The notes below the pieces were generated by a model. That model saw only the letters and a list, made by a program, of their open reading frames with translations, was not told the DNA's origin and searched no databases. This document shows positions 18,678 to 27,633 of a DNA stretch of 61,627 bases, piece after piece; position 1 is the stretch's first letter, and every line of letters begins with the position of its first letter. The DNA is from a virus (Duplodnaviria > Caudoviricetes). The stretch is from positions 1 through 61,627 of IMG/VR virus record IMGVR_UViG_3300037963_004084. One strand, 5' to 3'. The position numbers and the translations under genes were made by a program.

Positions 18678-20450
18678 ATGGAAACCTATGCCCTCGATTA
18701 CGAGACATACTACGATAAAGCCTGTAGTATCAGGACGCTAGGCCCTCTCGGATATTTTTCTCACCCCGACTTCGATGCTTACATGGTGTCCGTGGTTGGC
18801 ACGGATGGCACCTCATTCGTAGGTCACCCCAGAGACTTTCAATGGGACCTCTTAACTGATAACGTAGTAATAAGCCACAACGCATCTTTTGATGAAACCC
18901 TATATCTATATGGAGTTACCCAGTCGTGGTGGCCCGAAGTCAAACCAGCCGAGTGGCATTGTACCGCAGATATGGCGGCGTATATGCACATGCCTCGCGC
19001 CCTTAAAGGTGCTGCGAAATTTGCTCTGGGGATAGAGGTTGATAAAAGCACCCGCGATAATATGAGCGGGAAGAGATGGGAGAAGATGACGGACGAGTTC
19101 CGTAAAGAGGTTAGTGACTACGCGCTAGTAGACTCTCAACTTTGCCTAGATCTTTGGAAAGAGCATGGATGGGCATGGCCGGATAAAGAAAGACAGATAA
19201 GTCGTTTGAACAGAGAGATAGTTCAACGAGGGCTCCCCATCGACGCGGACCTGCTGAGGGCTCAGCTAGAAACAATAAAAGGTAAACTGTTTGAGGCCGA
19301 AGAGAGTATACCGTGGCTTGGGGATAAGCCTCTCCTGAGCCGCGTGGCTTTTGACGACCAGTGTAGGACTGAAGGAATTGAACCGCCCGGTAGTCTAGCT
19401 GCTACAGATGAAGAGGCACAAAAATGGATAGACTACTACGGTAAGAAACACGCATGGATAGATGCCGTTCGTAGCTGGCGTCGTATAAACTCTCTCAAGA
19501 AAAAGCTGGAGAGCTTTGACCACGCGACGATGCCGGATAGCCGATACTACGGTGGCCTCATGTATTATGGGGCTCATACAGGACGCTTCAGTGGGAGTGG
19601 GGGTAATCTGAATCTTCAGAACCTCCCGAGAGAAGAGATGTTCGGAGTAAACTTGAGGAATCTCATCGCTGCCAAACCCGGTAAGAAACTAATCGTGGCC
19701 GACCTTAGTCAAATTGAGGTAAGAACACTTTGCTGGCTGGCTGAGGACAAGAAGATGCTCAAAGAAATTGAGCAGTCGGAAGATATCTACGAAGCGTTCG
19801 CTATCCGGTTCGGTCAATGGGACACCGAAAAAGGATCTCTTAAACAAGACCCTAAACTTCGGCACAAAATAAAAGCGATGGTTCTGGGCTGTGGTTACGG
19901 CGCAGGTAAGAAAAGATTCTCGCAGATGGCGGGGATGACTCAGAAAGAAGCGAACAGTGCTGTGGATCTTTATAGAAACTCAATGCGGAGTATCACCCGA
20001 CTCTGGAGTGACTATAGCTCAGGGATATCTTGCGCCTACAACTTAACAGTGAACGGGGCTGAGACTCCGTTCATAGTAGATCTCCCCAGCGGTAGGCATC
20101 TGAACTACGGTTTTATACGGTCAGACGGGAAGAGTGAGGACAGGCACTATTACGCATATTTAATGCGGCATGGTAAAAATGTAGCCGTCAAGATGTGGGG
20201 TGGGTTCGTGGCAGAGAACGCTTCCCAAGCCTTAGCCCGAGACATTTTCAGTGATATGCTTGTCAGGATAGACGAGGCGGGCTACAAGATCGTGCTTCAT
20301 GTGCATGACGAGGTAGTGATCGAAGCTGATGCAGATAAAGCTGAGGAGTCCTTGGAGCATATTCTGAAAATAATGTCGGAGCCTCCTGATTGGATTCCCG
20401 ATATCCCGTTAGCTGCCGAAGGATCAATCTTATCACGATACACCAAATGA
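18678..20450 (+). CDS. polA: Family A DNA polymerase with 3'-5' exonuclease
   Basis: ExoI LDYET, ExoII HNASFD, HTGRFSG, NLQNLPR, motif A ADLSQIEVR, motif B RHKIKAMVLGCGYG, motif C HVHDEV. Confidence 0.95.
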   Translation: METYALDYETYYDKACSIRTLGPLGYFSHPDFDAYMVSVVGTDGTSFVGHPRDFQWDLLTDNVVISHNASFDETLYLYGVTQSWWPEVKPAEWHCTADMAAYMHMPRALKGAAKFALGIEVDKSTRDNMSGKRWEKMTDEFRKEVSDYALVDSQLCLDLWKEHGWAWPDKERQISRLNREIVQRGLPIDADLLRAQLETIKGKLFEAEESIPWLGDKPLLSRVAFDDQCRTEGIEPPGSLAATDEEAQKWIDYYGKKHAWIDAVRSWRRINSLKKKLESFDHATMPDSRYYGGLMYYGAHTGRFSGSGGNLNLQNLPREEMFGVNLRNLIAAKPGKKLIVADLSQIEVRTLCWLAEDKKMLKEIEQSEDIYEAFAIRFGQWDTEKGSLKQDPKLRHKIKAMVLGCGYGAGKKRFSQMAGMTQKEANSAVDLYRNSMRSITRLWSDYSSGISCAYNLTVNGAETPFIVDLPSGRHLNYGFIRSDGKSEDRHYYAYLMRHGKNVAVKMWGGFVAENASQALARDIFSDMLVRIDEAGYKIVLHVHDEVVIEADADKAEESLEHILKIMSEPPDWIPDIPLAAEGSILSRYTK

Positions 20451-22597
20451 ATTACCGTTACATAAAGAACCTAAGAGACACGAAATGCTATAAAACACAG
20501 GACCTATCCACGCTAAACAAATCAAAACCTAAGTTCCCCAATAAGGCCGACTTCAGGTCGTGGTGCGCCGACGCAAAAACTGACCATGTTTTTTACAGCC
20601 TAGTCGAAGGGAGTGCCCCCTCTAAACGAATCTCCACGGACAACCCACCCAATTTGATTCATGGTATCGTTGCCGACTACGACGCGCCCGTGAACTGGGC
20701 CGAGGTAGATGCTATAATCTCTGCAAAATGCTCCAACCATCCCCCCACATGGAGATCTAAAACGCAGTCTGGTTACATACGGCTTGTGTGGGAGTTTGAG
20801 AAGAGCCTACCAATCGCTCCCGAGATGTTTGACACCTTCATCAAATGTCTCAAGAACATAGTAAAGGTAGACCGAGTGTTTGCGGGTTTTGATTCATCCT
20901 CTCTGAGAGCATCTCAATATTTCGAGTTGGGCGAAGACTGGGTAAACATGGGTGGGGTTGTGTCTAACGCAACTATACAAACAGCCCTCACGAAGGCTGC
21001 GAGTATAAAGCCCCCCACGACCAATGACACAGCGATTCCAATCGAAGTGGTCGCCGAAGAGATTGATAAACAGTTCCCTAATCGGTGGATAGGGGATGTA
21101 GAGATAGGTGCCCGAGGTCCTTTGTTTTGGATAGACGATGGTATCCACCGAGAGGGTTGTCAGGTAGCTGAGGATGGGATGATTTGTTATTCAGATCGGG
21201 CTGGTAAGGGCTTCATGAGTTGGCGTGAAATATTTGGTGCTAAGTTTGTAGCCGATTATGAAGAGACCAAGATGGGTAATCTTCTGGATGAGTACTGGTT
21301 CAACGGTAGAAATTTCTTCAAGTTGTTGTACAGCTCTGCGGTAACAATCCCGAAAGAGCAGCTCATACTAGAGCTTAGACAGACAGGATTCTCTATGAAA
21401 CCCAAGAAGGGTCAGGCACTAACTGAGGTGGAGGCGGCTCTTTTAACGATAAGCAACCACAATCGCATAGACGAGATCGCACCAGTCATATTCTCCAAGG
21501 ATCGTGTGGTGTCATACAACAGTCAGAGAATACTGAATAACGCTAACATCACCCCCGTGGAACCCGAAACAGACGGCGACCCCACCAACTGGCCGTTTAT
21601 TCATGACTGGCTGGGGCAGCTTTTCAAGAACTCTACCCCCGTTATCACGGTCAACTACTTCTATGCTTGGCTCAAAAGGTTTTATGAGGCTGTCACTGAG
21701 CGTAAAATGTCGCAGGGGCAGGCGCTCATATTGGTGGGGGCCACCAGCAAGGGTAAGAGTCTCCTATCCAATAGAGTTATTTCAGGACTGGTGGGTGGTT
21801 ATGCTGATGCTAGTGACTACCTATCGGGGCAAACTAAATTCAACAAGGATTTGGGTAGGGTTGCTGCATGGGTGATCGACGACACCACATCAGCCGCCAG
21901 CTTCCAAGACCAACGAAAAGCTACAGAGCTTATCAAGAGGTCCGTGGCCAACCCGCGTGTAGAGTATCAAGCCAAGTATGCGGACGCGTTATCGGTCCCA
22001 TGGGCGGGTAGGGTGATATTATCTTTGAACATGGACGCGAATAGTCTTTCGGTTATACCGGCTCTAGACAGTAGTAATCGAGATAAGCTGATGGCTCTTC
22101 GCGTTCGGGACGACGCTAGGAGTAAGTTTCCGGCGAACAGTGTAGTAGAATCCACCATTAAAAAAGAACTGCCTTATTTAGGTCGGTGGTTATTAGACTG
22201 GGACCCTCCTGAAGAGATAATGGTCGGGGGTAGGTTCGGTGTTGCCAGTTTCATCGACGAATCGGTAGCGTCTGCCGCCTATGATAACTCCAGCAGGTCG
22301 TCTATAGCGGAGCTAGTCGAGTTCTTCTGTAAGAGGTGTCGTGAACAAAACGACACCCTACCAGAATGGCGGGGTACTCTCACAGAATTTCAAGTCCTAC
22401 TCCATGAGTTTAACAATGGTAGGAGTGTTGGTATGAGTCATAACCTAGAGTTTGTGCGGCGAGGCATGGCCTCTCTAGAAGAAGCCGGTAAAAACAACAC
22501 CCATGTTCGCCCGGTAATATCTAAAGGAAAAGGTGGCGGGAAGATGTGGACGATTAACTTAGCGAAAACTTTTGACATCTCCGAAGCCCCGCTTTAA
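20447..22597 (+). CDS. Primase-helicase (AEP-like N-terminus, SF3-like C-terminal NTPase)
   Basis: VADYD...SKTQSGYIRLVW N-terminus, Walker A GATSKGKS, Walker B WVIDD, LSLN; ATGA overlap with polA. Confidence 0.8.
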   Translation: MNYRYIKNLRDTKCYKTQDLSTLNKSKPKFPNKADFRSWCADAKTDHVFYSLVEGSAPSKRISTDNPPNLIHGIVADYDAPVNWAEVDAIISAKCSNHPPTWRSKTQSGYIRLVWEFEKSLPIAPEMFDTFIKCLKNIVKVDRVFAGFDSSSLRASQYFELGEDWVNMGGVVSNATIQTALTKAASIKPPTTNDTAIPIEVVAEEIDKQFPNRWIGDVEIGARGPLFWIDDGIHREGCQVAEDGMICYSDRAGKGFMSWREIFGAKFVADYEETKMGNLLDEYWFNGRNFFKLLYSSAVTIPKEQLILELRQTGFSMKPKKGQALTEVEAALLTISNHNRIDEIAPVIFSKDRVVSYNSQRILNNANITPVEPETDGDPTNWPFIHDWLGQLFKNSTPVITVNYFYAWLKRFYEAVTERKMSQGQALILVGATSKGKSLLSNRVISGLVGGYADASDYLSGQTKFNKDLGRVAAWVIDDTTSAASFQDQRKATELIKRSVANPRVEYQAKYADALSVPWAGRVILSLNMDANSLSVIPALDSSNRDKLMALRVRDDARSKFPANSVVESTIKKELPYLGRWLLDWDPPEEIMVGGRFGVASFIDESVASAAYDNSSRSSIAELVEFFCKRCREQNDTLPEWRGTLTEFQVLLHEFNNGRSVGMSHNLEFVRRGMASLEEAGKNNTHVRPVISKGKGGGKMWTINLAKTFDISEAPL

Positions 22598-22605
22598 CCA
22601 GAGAT

Positions 22606-22818
22606 ATGCCCGACAGAGAAACGTACGACTACCTTGATGAGTTTTCAGATCTGGAGCAGGTTGAGACCCGAATCCAGTTGCTGCGAGAAGACTACAGGGC
22701 TCTAACGAACCGCCTTGAGCACTACTCTAATGCGCGTAGCAAATTAGAAAGTGATATCAGAAAACTAAAGGGTATCGCCGCTAGAATCAAAGAGAGACGG
22801 GAGAGCGAAGACATTTGA
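22606..22818 (+). CDS. Small coiled-coil protein
   Basis: 70-aa heptad ORF closing the plus-strand block. Confidence 0.55.
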   Translation: MPDRETYDYLDEFSDLEQVETRIQLLREDYRALTNRLEHYSNARSKLESDIRKLKGIAARIKERRESEDI

Positions 22819-23323
22819 TAGGGACATGGTAGCCACTTACTTTGTAAGAAAAACCGTCTTTGTCTTTCTCCCCCCGTTTTTTATAGCACCCCTTGCTAAT
22901 CAACTGACTTGTCGGTAGCCAACCGAGAAGCCATACCTTGCTGAGGTCTTTACGAACTCGAACAAAATAATAAAACTCCGCAGCAGGTTCTTTGCTGGCG
23001 GGGCAGTTTACAGAAGCCGTAAAATGGGGTTGGGGTCGGCTGCTACAGGTTTTTGATTTTATATCTATTTTCTTTTCACTGAGACAATAGTCATGTGTAA
23101 AACTACGCCCACCCACATAACGGGCTTCGGGGTAAAGAAGCCCAAAGGCTACCTCCCCCAAGAAACCCGTCATTCGACCCAACCCTCTAGTAAAGGAACT
23201 AGGCGTGATACCCAACGCTTGGCTCCGTTCAAAAGCTTGTTTTACATTCTCTGAAGACGGGGTGAACACAATGTAACGGCACCCCCGTTTCTTAGAGAAC
23301 TGGCGGGGGAGTTTTCGGCTCAT
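22787..23323 (-). CDS. PD-(D/E)xK-like endonuclease
   Basis: GFLGEVAF...HDY...IDIKSK...YYFVRV...WLLGW. Confidence 0.65.
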   Translation of the reverse strand: MSRKLPRQFSKKRGCRYIVFTPSSENVKQAFERSQALGITPSSFTRGLGRMTGFLGEVAFGLLYPEARYVGGRSFTHDYCLSEKKIDIKSKTCSSRPQPHFTASVNCPASKEPAAEFYYFVRVRKDLSKVWLLGWLPTSQLISKGCYKKRGEKDKDGFSYKVSGYHVPIKCLRSPVSL

Positions 23324-23616
23324 TACCAGAGATGCTTACATGCCCAATACCTAGCTGTAGTTTTGTCTTTAGCGGTAGCGCAGTTATGGCGAGCACGGAA
23401 GTTGGCTCTTCTTTTGGGATCTTTGTGTTTAGTGAAATCGCTATAGTCCCTATGGCCGTAAGATACTTTCTTCACCTTGTTTCCTTGTTTGGCTAAGACT
23501 ACGAACTTCTTCTTAGATCCTTTGGGGGCTCGTTTAGGTTTATTGATACCCGGAAAAGTCTCACCCATGTAAGATATTCTACCAGATGGTAAGCGTTTGA
23601 ATCGTTGCCGCGTCAT
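23323..23616 (-). CDS. Small basic conserved viral protein (DUF5754-like)
   Basis: KKFVVL...VSYGHRDYSDFTKHKDPKRRANFRARH...ARYWACKHLW. Confidence 0.7.
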   Translation of the reverse strand: MTRQRFKRLPSGRISYMGETFPGINKPKRAPKGSKKKFVVLAKQGNKVKKVSYGHRDYSDFTKHKDPKRRANFRARHNCATAKDKTTARYWACKHLW

Positions 23617-23891
23617 GCCATTCTTTTCTTTTGTTTGTTCTTTCTCTTCTTCTCTACAAATCCGTGGGCGCGCCTTTCAGCGTCGGTGTACTTGGCGGTT
23701 TGTTTACCCCTAGCTGTGGCTGCTCGTTTGGCTGCATTTGCAGCCGCCTTTTCGGAAGACGTTAATTTATTCCTGACCGCCTTGGGGCCGTATCTCCCCC
23801 GCTCGGAACGGGGTTTCTTTTCATCTTCCTTGTTATAGTACCCCCATTCATCCTCAGCCCACTGTTTAATGGATAATTGTGGCGCTTTCAT
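23613..23891 (-). CDS. Small basic protein (DUF5872-like, C-terminal half)
   Basis: QLSIKQWAEDEW...GRYGPKA...LTSSEKAAANAAKR...GKQ. Confidence 0.65.
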   Translation of the reverse strand: MKAPQLSIKQWAEDEWGYYNKEDEKKPRSERGRYGPKAVRNKLTSSEKAAANAAKRAATARGKQTAKYTDAERRAHGFVEKKRKNKQKKRMA

Positions 23892-23894
23892 AGT

Positions 23895-24077
23895 CTAAGA
23901 GGTGTAACCTCCTCCTCTTTTCTTATATTCCATAGCTAAGAACTGCGCTTTCCGCGCCGACCACTGTCCGGGTTTACCGCCCTTGGACCCAGCCATGATC
24001 TTTTTGAAGAGGCGCTTACGCATTCCCGGCTTGGTGTAATTACCAGCTTTGTTGACTGTAGATTTTTTCTTAGCCAT
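23895..24077 (-). CDS. Small basic protein (DUF5872-like, N-terminal half)
   Basis: ATG at 24077; NYTKPGMRKRLFKKIMAGSKGGKPGQWSARKAQFLAMEYKKRGGGY. Confidence 0.7.
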   Translation of the reverse strand: MAKKKSTVNKAGNYTKPGMRKRLFKKIMAGSKGGKPGQWSARKAQFLAMEYKKRGGGYTS

Positions 24078-24369
24078 AGTTATTACCCCCACCCATTCTT
24101 TTTGCCACAGCTTGCAAGAAATCCATTTTCTTCTCCTTCTTGGTCGTTTTCTTAGCGGCTTTCTTTGCAGCTTTCTTCGCAGCTTTTTTGGAAGCTCCTT
24201 TGGACTCCTTGGCTTTTTTCTTAGCTGAATCACTCAGCTCTTCAAAATGAAAGAGCTTCTGACTTTTATCGCTGTGTGTCTTACCCGTGTGGACTTCTCC
24301 ATTGGGCATTTTATGTGACCCTCCTTTGTGGATGGTCCCGTCTTTTAAGTAGTGTGGTACACCTTTCAT
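24070..24369 (-). CDS. His-rich basic protein with histone-H1-like AAKK repeats
   Basis: HKGGSHKMPNGEVHTGKTH followed by KKAAKKAAKKAAKK. Confidence 0.7.
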   Translation of the reverse strand: MKGVPHYLKDGTIHKGGSHKMPNGEVHTGKTHSDKSQKLFHFEELSDSAKKKAKESKGASKKAAKKAAKKAAKKTTKKEKKMDFLQAVAKRMGGGNNYG

Positions 24370-24665
24370 TTTTTAGTTAGTCGTTTTGAGGTTCTTTCCC
24401 AAGCGGGGAAGAAAATTTCGTCCATACAGCGCACTATCGCTTCTTCTTCGTACCGCTCACAGTATGCCAAACCAGATATAGCGAACGCTGCGTGTATCAT
24501 TTCATGCCTTAGTGTTTCGTATAGGTCTTTCCCCTTGAGGTTTTTATCTATGGTTATTAGTTTTCTGCGGTGTGAATAAAGACCGTAACAGTCTTCATCC
24601 CCCAAATCTCTGAACTGTATCCGAACTCGGACTCCAGCCATAATTATGCTTTTGGGGGCAGTCAT
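24366..24665 (-). CDS. Small zincin-like metallopeptidase (ImmA/IrrE-like)
   Basis: YGLY...ITIDKNL...ETLRHEMIHAAF...EEAIV. Confidence 0.7.
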   Translation of the reverse strand: MTAPKSIIMAGVRVRIQFRDLGDEDCYGLYSHRRKLITIDKNLKGKDLYETLRHEMIHAAFAISGLAYCERYEEEAIVRCMDEIFFPAWERTSKRLTKK

Positions 24666-25219
24666 CCGTCGGCATATTTATTGATGGCTCTTGCGTAAAC
24701 TCCAGCAAGCTTACCGCGATTGTTGTTAATCATTTGCCACTCTTCGCAGTTGCTACCAAAAAAAGGTTCTGCGATAACAGCAACGCATGGAGTTTTCTTT
24801 AGAAAATAACTACCCCTCTGTCGGGACGCTCGGGGCTTCGCCCCCCTAGACTTCATGTCAGGGTAAGCTTCATCCATCTCGTTCTTAAGCACATAAGCAA
24901 GTTCGCTCCCACCCTTACTTGTATGCCAGTATAGCCACTCATGTCCACTGGCAGTGGGGCTGGCAGAGTTGAAATGAAACTCTATAACGGCGTCTACTTT
25001 GTCCTCCCTTAATTTTCTCGCTAGGTAGTCTATGGCCCCGACATAAGTGGGGTCTTTATAATCATCGTAAATTACATAGTCCACTGACAGTCCTTTAATT
25101 ACGCGCCTAACCAAATCAGAATTAAACATATACTCAGATATGCTATACCCCGACTCGCGTGAAGTCATGGCCCCTTCGTCTCCTTTCCTAGAGTGCCCTA
25201 CTGCTAAACCAATCTTCAT
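24662..25219 (-). CDS. Endolysin, N-acetylmuramoyl-L-alanine amidase (Amidase_3)
   Basis: LAVGHS...DEGA, SEYMFN, IEFHFNS, ASGHE, AVIAEPFFGSN. Confidence 0.9.
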   Translation of the reverse strand: MKIGLAVGHSRKGDEGAMTSRESGYSISEYMFNSDLVRRVIKGLSVDYVIYDDYKDPTYVGAIDYLARKLREDKVDAVIEFHFNSASPTASGHEWLYWHTSKGGSELAYVLKNEMDEAYPDMKSRGAKPRASRQRGSYFLKKTPCVAVIAEPFFGSNCEEWQMINNNRGKLAGVYARAINKYADG

Positions 25220-25380
25220 TTTTTAAGAATGCGGTAAAGGGATGCTAAACCTACAGCAATACCCACAACAAGAGATCCAACCCGCAGCCAGTATTCAAAT
25301 TGCTCCTGCATACTGGTGATCAGTCCGATGACGGGTGCCGCCATTCCGATCAGGGAATCGAATATTCGGGTGTTGATCAT
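25216..25380 (-). CDS. Small membrane protein, holin-like (54 aa, not in track)
   Basis: MINTRIFDSLIGMAAPVIGLITSMQEQFEYWLRVGSLVVGIAVGLASLYRILKK; two hydrophobic segments; ATGA overlaps on both sides. Confidence 0.65.
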   Translation of the reverse strand: MINTRIFDSLIGMAAPVIGLITSMQEQFEYWLRVGSLVVGIAVGLASLYRILKK

Positions 25381-25679
25381 TCGCCTATGTTGCTTAGAGG
25401 ATCACGGTTGTAGAGCTTGGCCATAATCTGGTCTACTTGTTGCTCCAGCTCTCCGATTTTAAGGTTCTGCCTCACATCGTCTGGCAAAGATCCACTCCCC
25501 CACTTTCCAGCGGGCCAATCACGAACAAAGATCGCGTGCTTTTCAACATCCTTAGCGATCATTTGGATCTGGAAGTCGTTGTGCTGGACCTCACTCTGGA
25601 GCTTGCTAGCCCACCAGACGATGCCCGCCGCTTGAACAGCAAGGCCGACACCGAGAGAAACTAGAAACTTTGTGTCCAT
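25377..25679 (-). CDS. Membrane-anchored coiled-coil protein in the lysis cassette
   Basis: N-terminal hydrophobic helix followed by a coiled coil. Confidence 0.6.
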   Translation of the reverse strand: MDTKFLVSLGVGLAVQAAGIVWWASKLQSEVQHNDFQIQMIAKDVEKHAIFVRDWPAGKWGSGSLPDDVRQNLKIGELEQQVDQIMAKLYNRDPLSNIGE

Positions 25680-25901
25680 TTACTTCTCCCCAATGATCAC
25701 TGCACGACGATAACTGTAGTCGCTGTGGAATTTATGGTCTTTACGCCCAACAAGAACGCCTTCCTTGAACTGGTAAGACTGCCCTTCAATCAGCGTCACT
25801 GTTGGCGGATCGTATAATGCGCTCGCGTTCGCGCTTGATGCGCTTTGCGACCCGCTCCATGAGCAGCTTACTATGAGGGTCACCAATGGAAGCAAGGCCA
25901 T
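25680..25901 (-). CDS. Lipoprotein, o-spanin-like
   Basis: MALLPLVTLIVSC lipobox; the start is embedded in the upstream gene in another frame (Rz/Rz1-like). Confidence 0.5.
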   Translation of the reverse strand: MALLPLVTLIVSCSWSGSQSASSANASALYDPPTVTLIEGQSYQFKEGVLVGRKDHKFHSDYSYRRAVIIGEK

Positions 25902-26004
25902 CAAGCCGATCTTCGAGAGCGTCGAGATGTCTGTCTCGTTGCAGTCGCACATATTCAACATAGGCTTGAAGGGCAGCAGTTATCAGTTGGAAAAATGTCT
26001 TCAC
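25786..26004 (-). CDS. Small helical protein, possible i-spanin-like partner
   Basis: Moderately hydrophobic N-terminus and charged helix; overlaps the lipoprotein gene. Confidence 0.45.
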   Translation of the reverse strand: MKTFFQLITAALQAYVEYVRLQRDRHLDALEDRLDGLASIGDPHSKLLMERVAKRIKRERERIIRSANSDAD

Positions 26005-26180
26005 TTAGACTTAGCCTTACCCACGTTGAGGGCGAGCCAGCTAATGACGCCTGAAATGCGCTGAACCCATTTGTTGTCCGATTCGTTCGGAGTCATGGTT
26101 GCGACAAGCGAGGCCACCGCGATAACGCTGGCTGCAATTTGCAGAAGTTGCTCTGCGTTTTCGGTAATGTATTGGATCAT
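26001..26180 (-). CDS. Holin-like protein (59 aa, not in track)
   Basis: MIQYITENAEQLLQIAASVIAVASLVATMTPNESDNKWVQRISGVISWLALNVGKAKSK. Confidence 0.65.
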   Translation of the reverse strand: MIQYITENAEQLLQIAASVIAVASLVATMTPNESDNKWVQRISGVISWLALNVGKAKSK

Positions 26181-26191
26181 TGTTTTGGGGG

Positions 26192-27193
26192 TTACATCAT
26201 GTTGGGAGTATTGCTTCGATCTGCGGCAAAATAAACCGTGGGTTTAGCTGCACCACGGTGGGCGTCTAGCTGTGAATCAAGAACTTGTTGGCAAACGGCC
26301 CAGTGATAGTTAGCTCTTTCTAAGTCCGCGTTAGTTTCGGCGATAGAGCCGAGTAAGGCGTGTTTAATTGCGTTAAGGCTGGACAGATACACAGTATCTG
26401 TGGACGCTAAAAACTGCTTGAACTTACGTTTGAGCAGTAGCCTAATTTGAATGGTCTTGTTATCTTCGTTGGAAATTCTATAGCGTCGGTAGCGGGTTAC
26501 TTGGTTAGCTTGTTGGAGATCATTGGCCGCTACGAGCGAAGTTGAGGAACCTTCTTCTTCCCAAGTGATCTTGACAGGAGCAGACAGTTCAGTCGTTCCA
26601 ACGCGGATCTCACTGATGCTGGTGATGCTCGTAGTGGTGGTTGTAAGGCTGGCCTGTCCTCCACAAGTAAACTGACCCCCCATAGATACTGTATGATCTG
26701 CGGTTGGTGAGGAAATGCCCGTCCCATCAGAAAAAGTTACATGAACTTTTCCTGATGCGGGGATCGTTGTGGCGGGGCTGATTGGTTGCAGCTTCAAGGA
26801 ATAAGTCTTCCCCGCTACAGGCTCTTCGACGGTGGCTGAGTAGCCGTCGTCCACGATCCCATATATAGCTAGCGTATCCCCGTCATCGTCCCTGCCAGAC
26901 AATCTGTAGTCATGAAATTGAGCCCTAATCGGTTGGGGTGTAGAATAATCCACCGAACTAGAATCGTAATCAACGATAGCGTTGATTATGGACTCCGCAG
27001 AATCGGGGATAGTGAAAGTACTTCCTGTAGTGGTTACTACATGCTCATAAAGCAAATCCCGCCACATCCCCATATTGTAAAGGCGGGGGAGGGCCATGTT
27101 AAGTTCTTTTCGGAACTCATCGGGTGTGGCCGCTGGAGATCCAGCGATGCCGATAAGCGCATCTTGCACCCCTTGGACAGTCAATGTGGCCAT
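26192..27193 (-). CDS. Probable tail adaptor / tail tubular protein
   Basis: Helical N- and C-termini (ELNMALPRL; AIKHALLG...ANYHW) around a beta-rich core; ATG at 27193 follows a promoter. Confidence 0.55.
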   Translation of the reverse strand: MATLTVQGVQDALIGIAGSPAATPDEFRKELNMALPRLYNMGMWRDLLYEHVVTTTGSTFTIPDSAESIINAIVDYDSSSVDYSTPQPIRAQFHDYRLSGRDDDGDTLAIYGIVDDGYSATVEEPVAGKTYSLKLQPISPATTIPASGKVHVTFSDGTGISSPTADHTVSMGGQFTCGGQASLTTTTTSITSISEIRVGTTELSAPVKITWEEEGSSTSLVAANDLQQANQVTRYRRYRISNEDNKTIQIRLLLKRKFKQFLASTDTVYLSSLNAIKHALLGSIAETNADLERANYHWAVCQQVLDSQLDAHRGAAKPTVYFAADRSNTPNMM

Positions 27194-27198
27194 ACCCC

Positions 27199-27227
27199 AC
27201 ATTAACAATATTCGTGTTAAGGGTCAA
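27199..27227 (-). promoter_or_regulatory. Sigma70-like promoter, leaderless geometry
   Basis: TTGACC-N17-TAATGT with an extended TG; ATG 5 nt downstream. Confidence 0.6.
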
Positions 27228-27633
27228 GGGTCAGGGGGTTGGGCAGGGGTATCGTGAAGTCAGGGTCTTTGGTAATGGTAGGGTGGGCATATATTTTTTG
27301 AGGCCATTCTTGTTTAACCCCTTTCCTACTCCCCATCAAAAAAATTACGGGCATATTCTCGTGCCCCGCTAACTCTAAAACCCTCCCCCTATGGCGTCCA
27401 TCGGCCCAACACACAACCGCATCCCCAGAAGAATTAGTGTGAATTACAATAAAAGGTAGCCTAGAAAAGGGTGTCCCTGCGTCAAATAATTCTTGGGCGG
27501 TAGCCCTGTAATACATGTCGACACTAATCGTCCCGACTAAAGAAAAGAATACAGACAAAGGGAGATCTGCTATAAGCCAATTTCTACCCGCAGCTATGCT
27601 CGCGGCATCAGTAAACGCACGCTTAGAAAACAC
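27217..27633 (-). CDS. ParB/Srx-like domain protein
   Basis: PFIVI...VCWADGRHRGRVLELAGHENMPV matches the DGxHR motif. Confidence 0.55.
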   Translation of the reverse strand: MFSKRAFTDAASIAAGRNWLIADLPLSVFFSLVGTISVDMYYRATAQELFDAGTPFSRLPFIVIHTNSSGDAVVCWADGRHRGRVLELAGHENMPVIFLMGSRKGVKQEWPQKIYAHPTITKDPDFTIPLPNPLTLDP

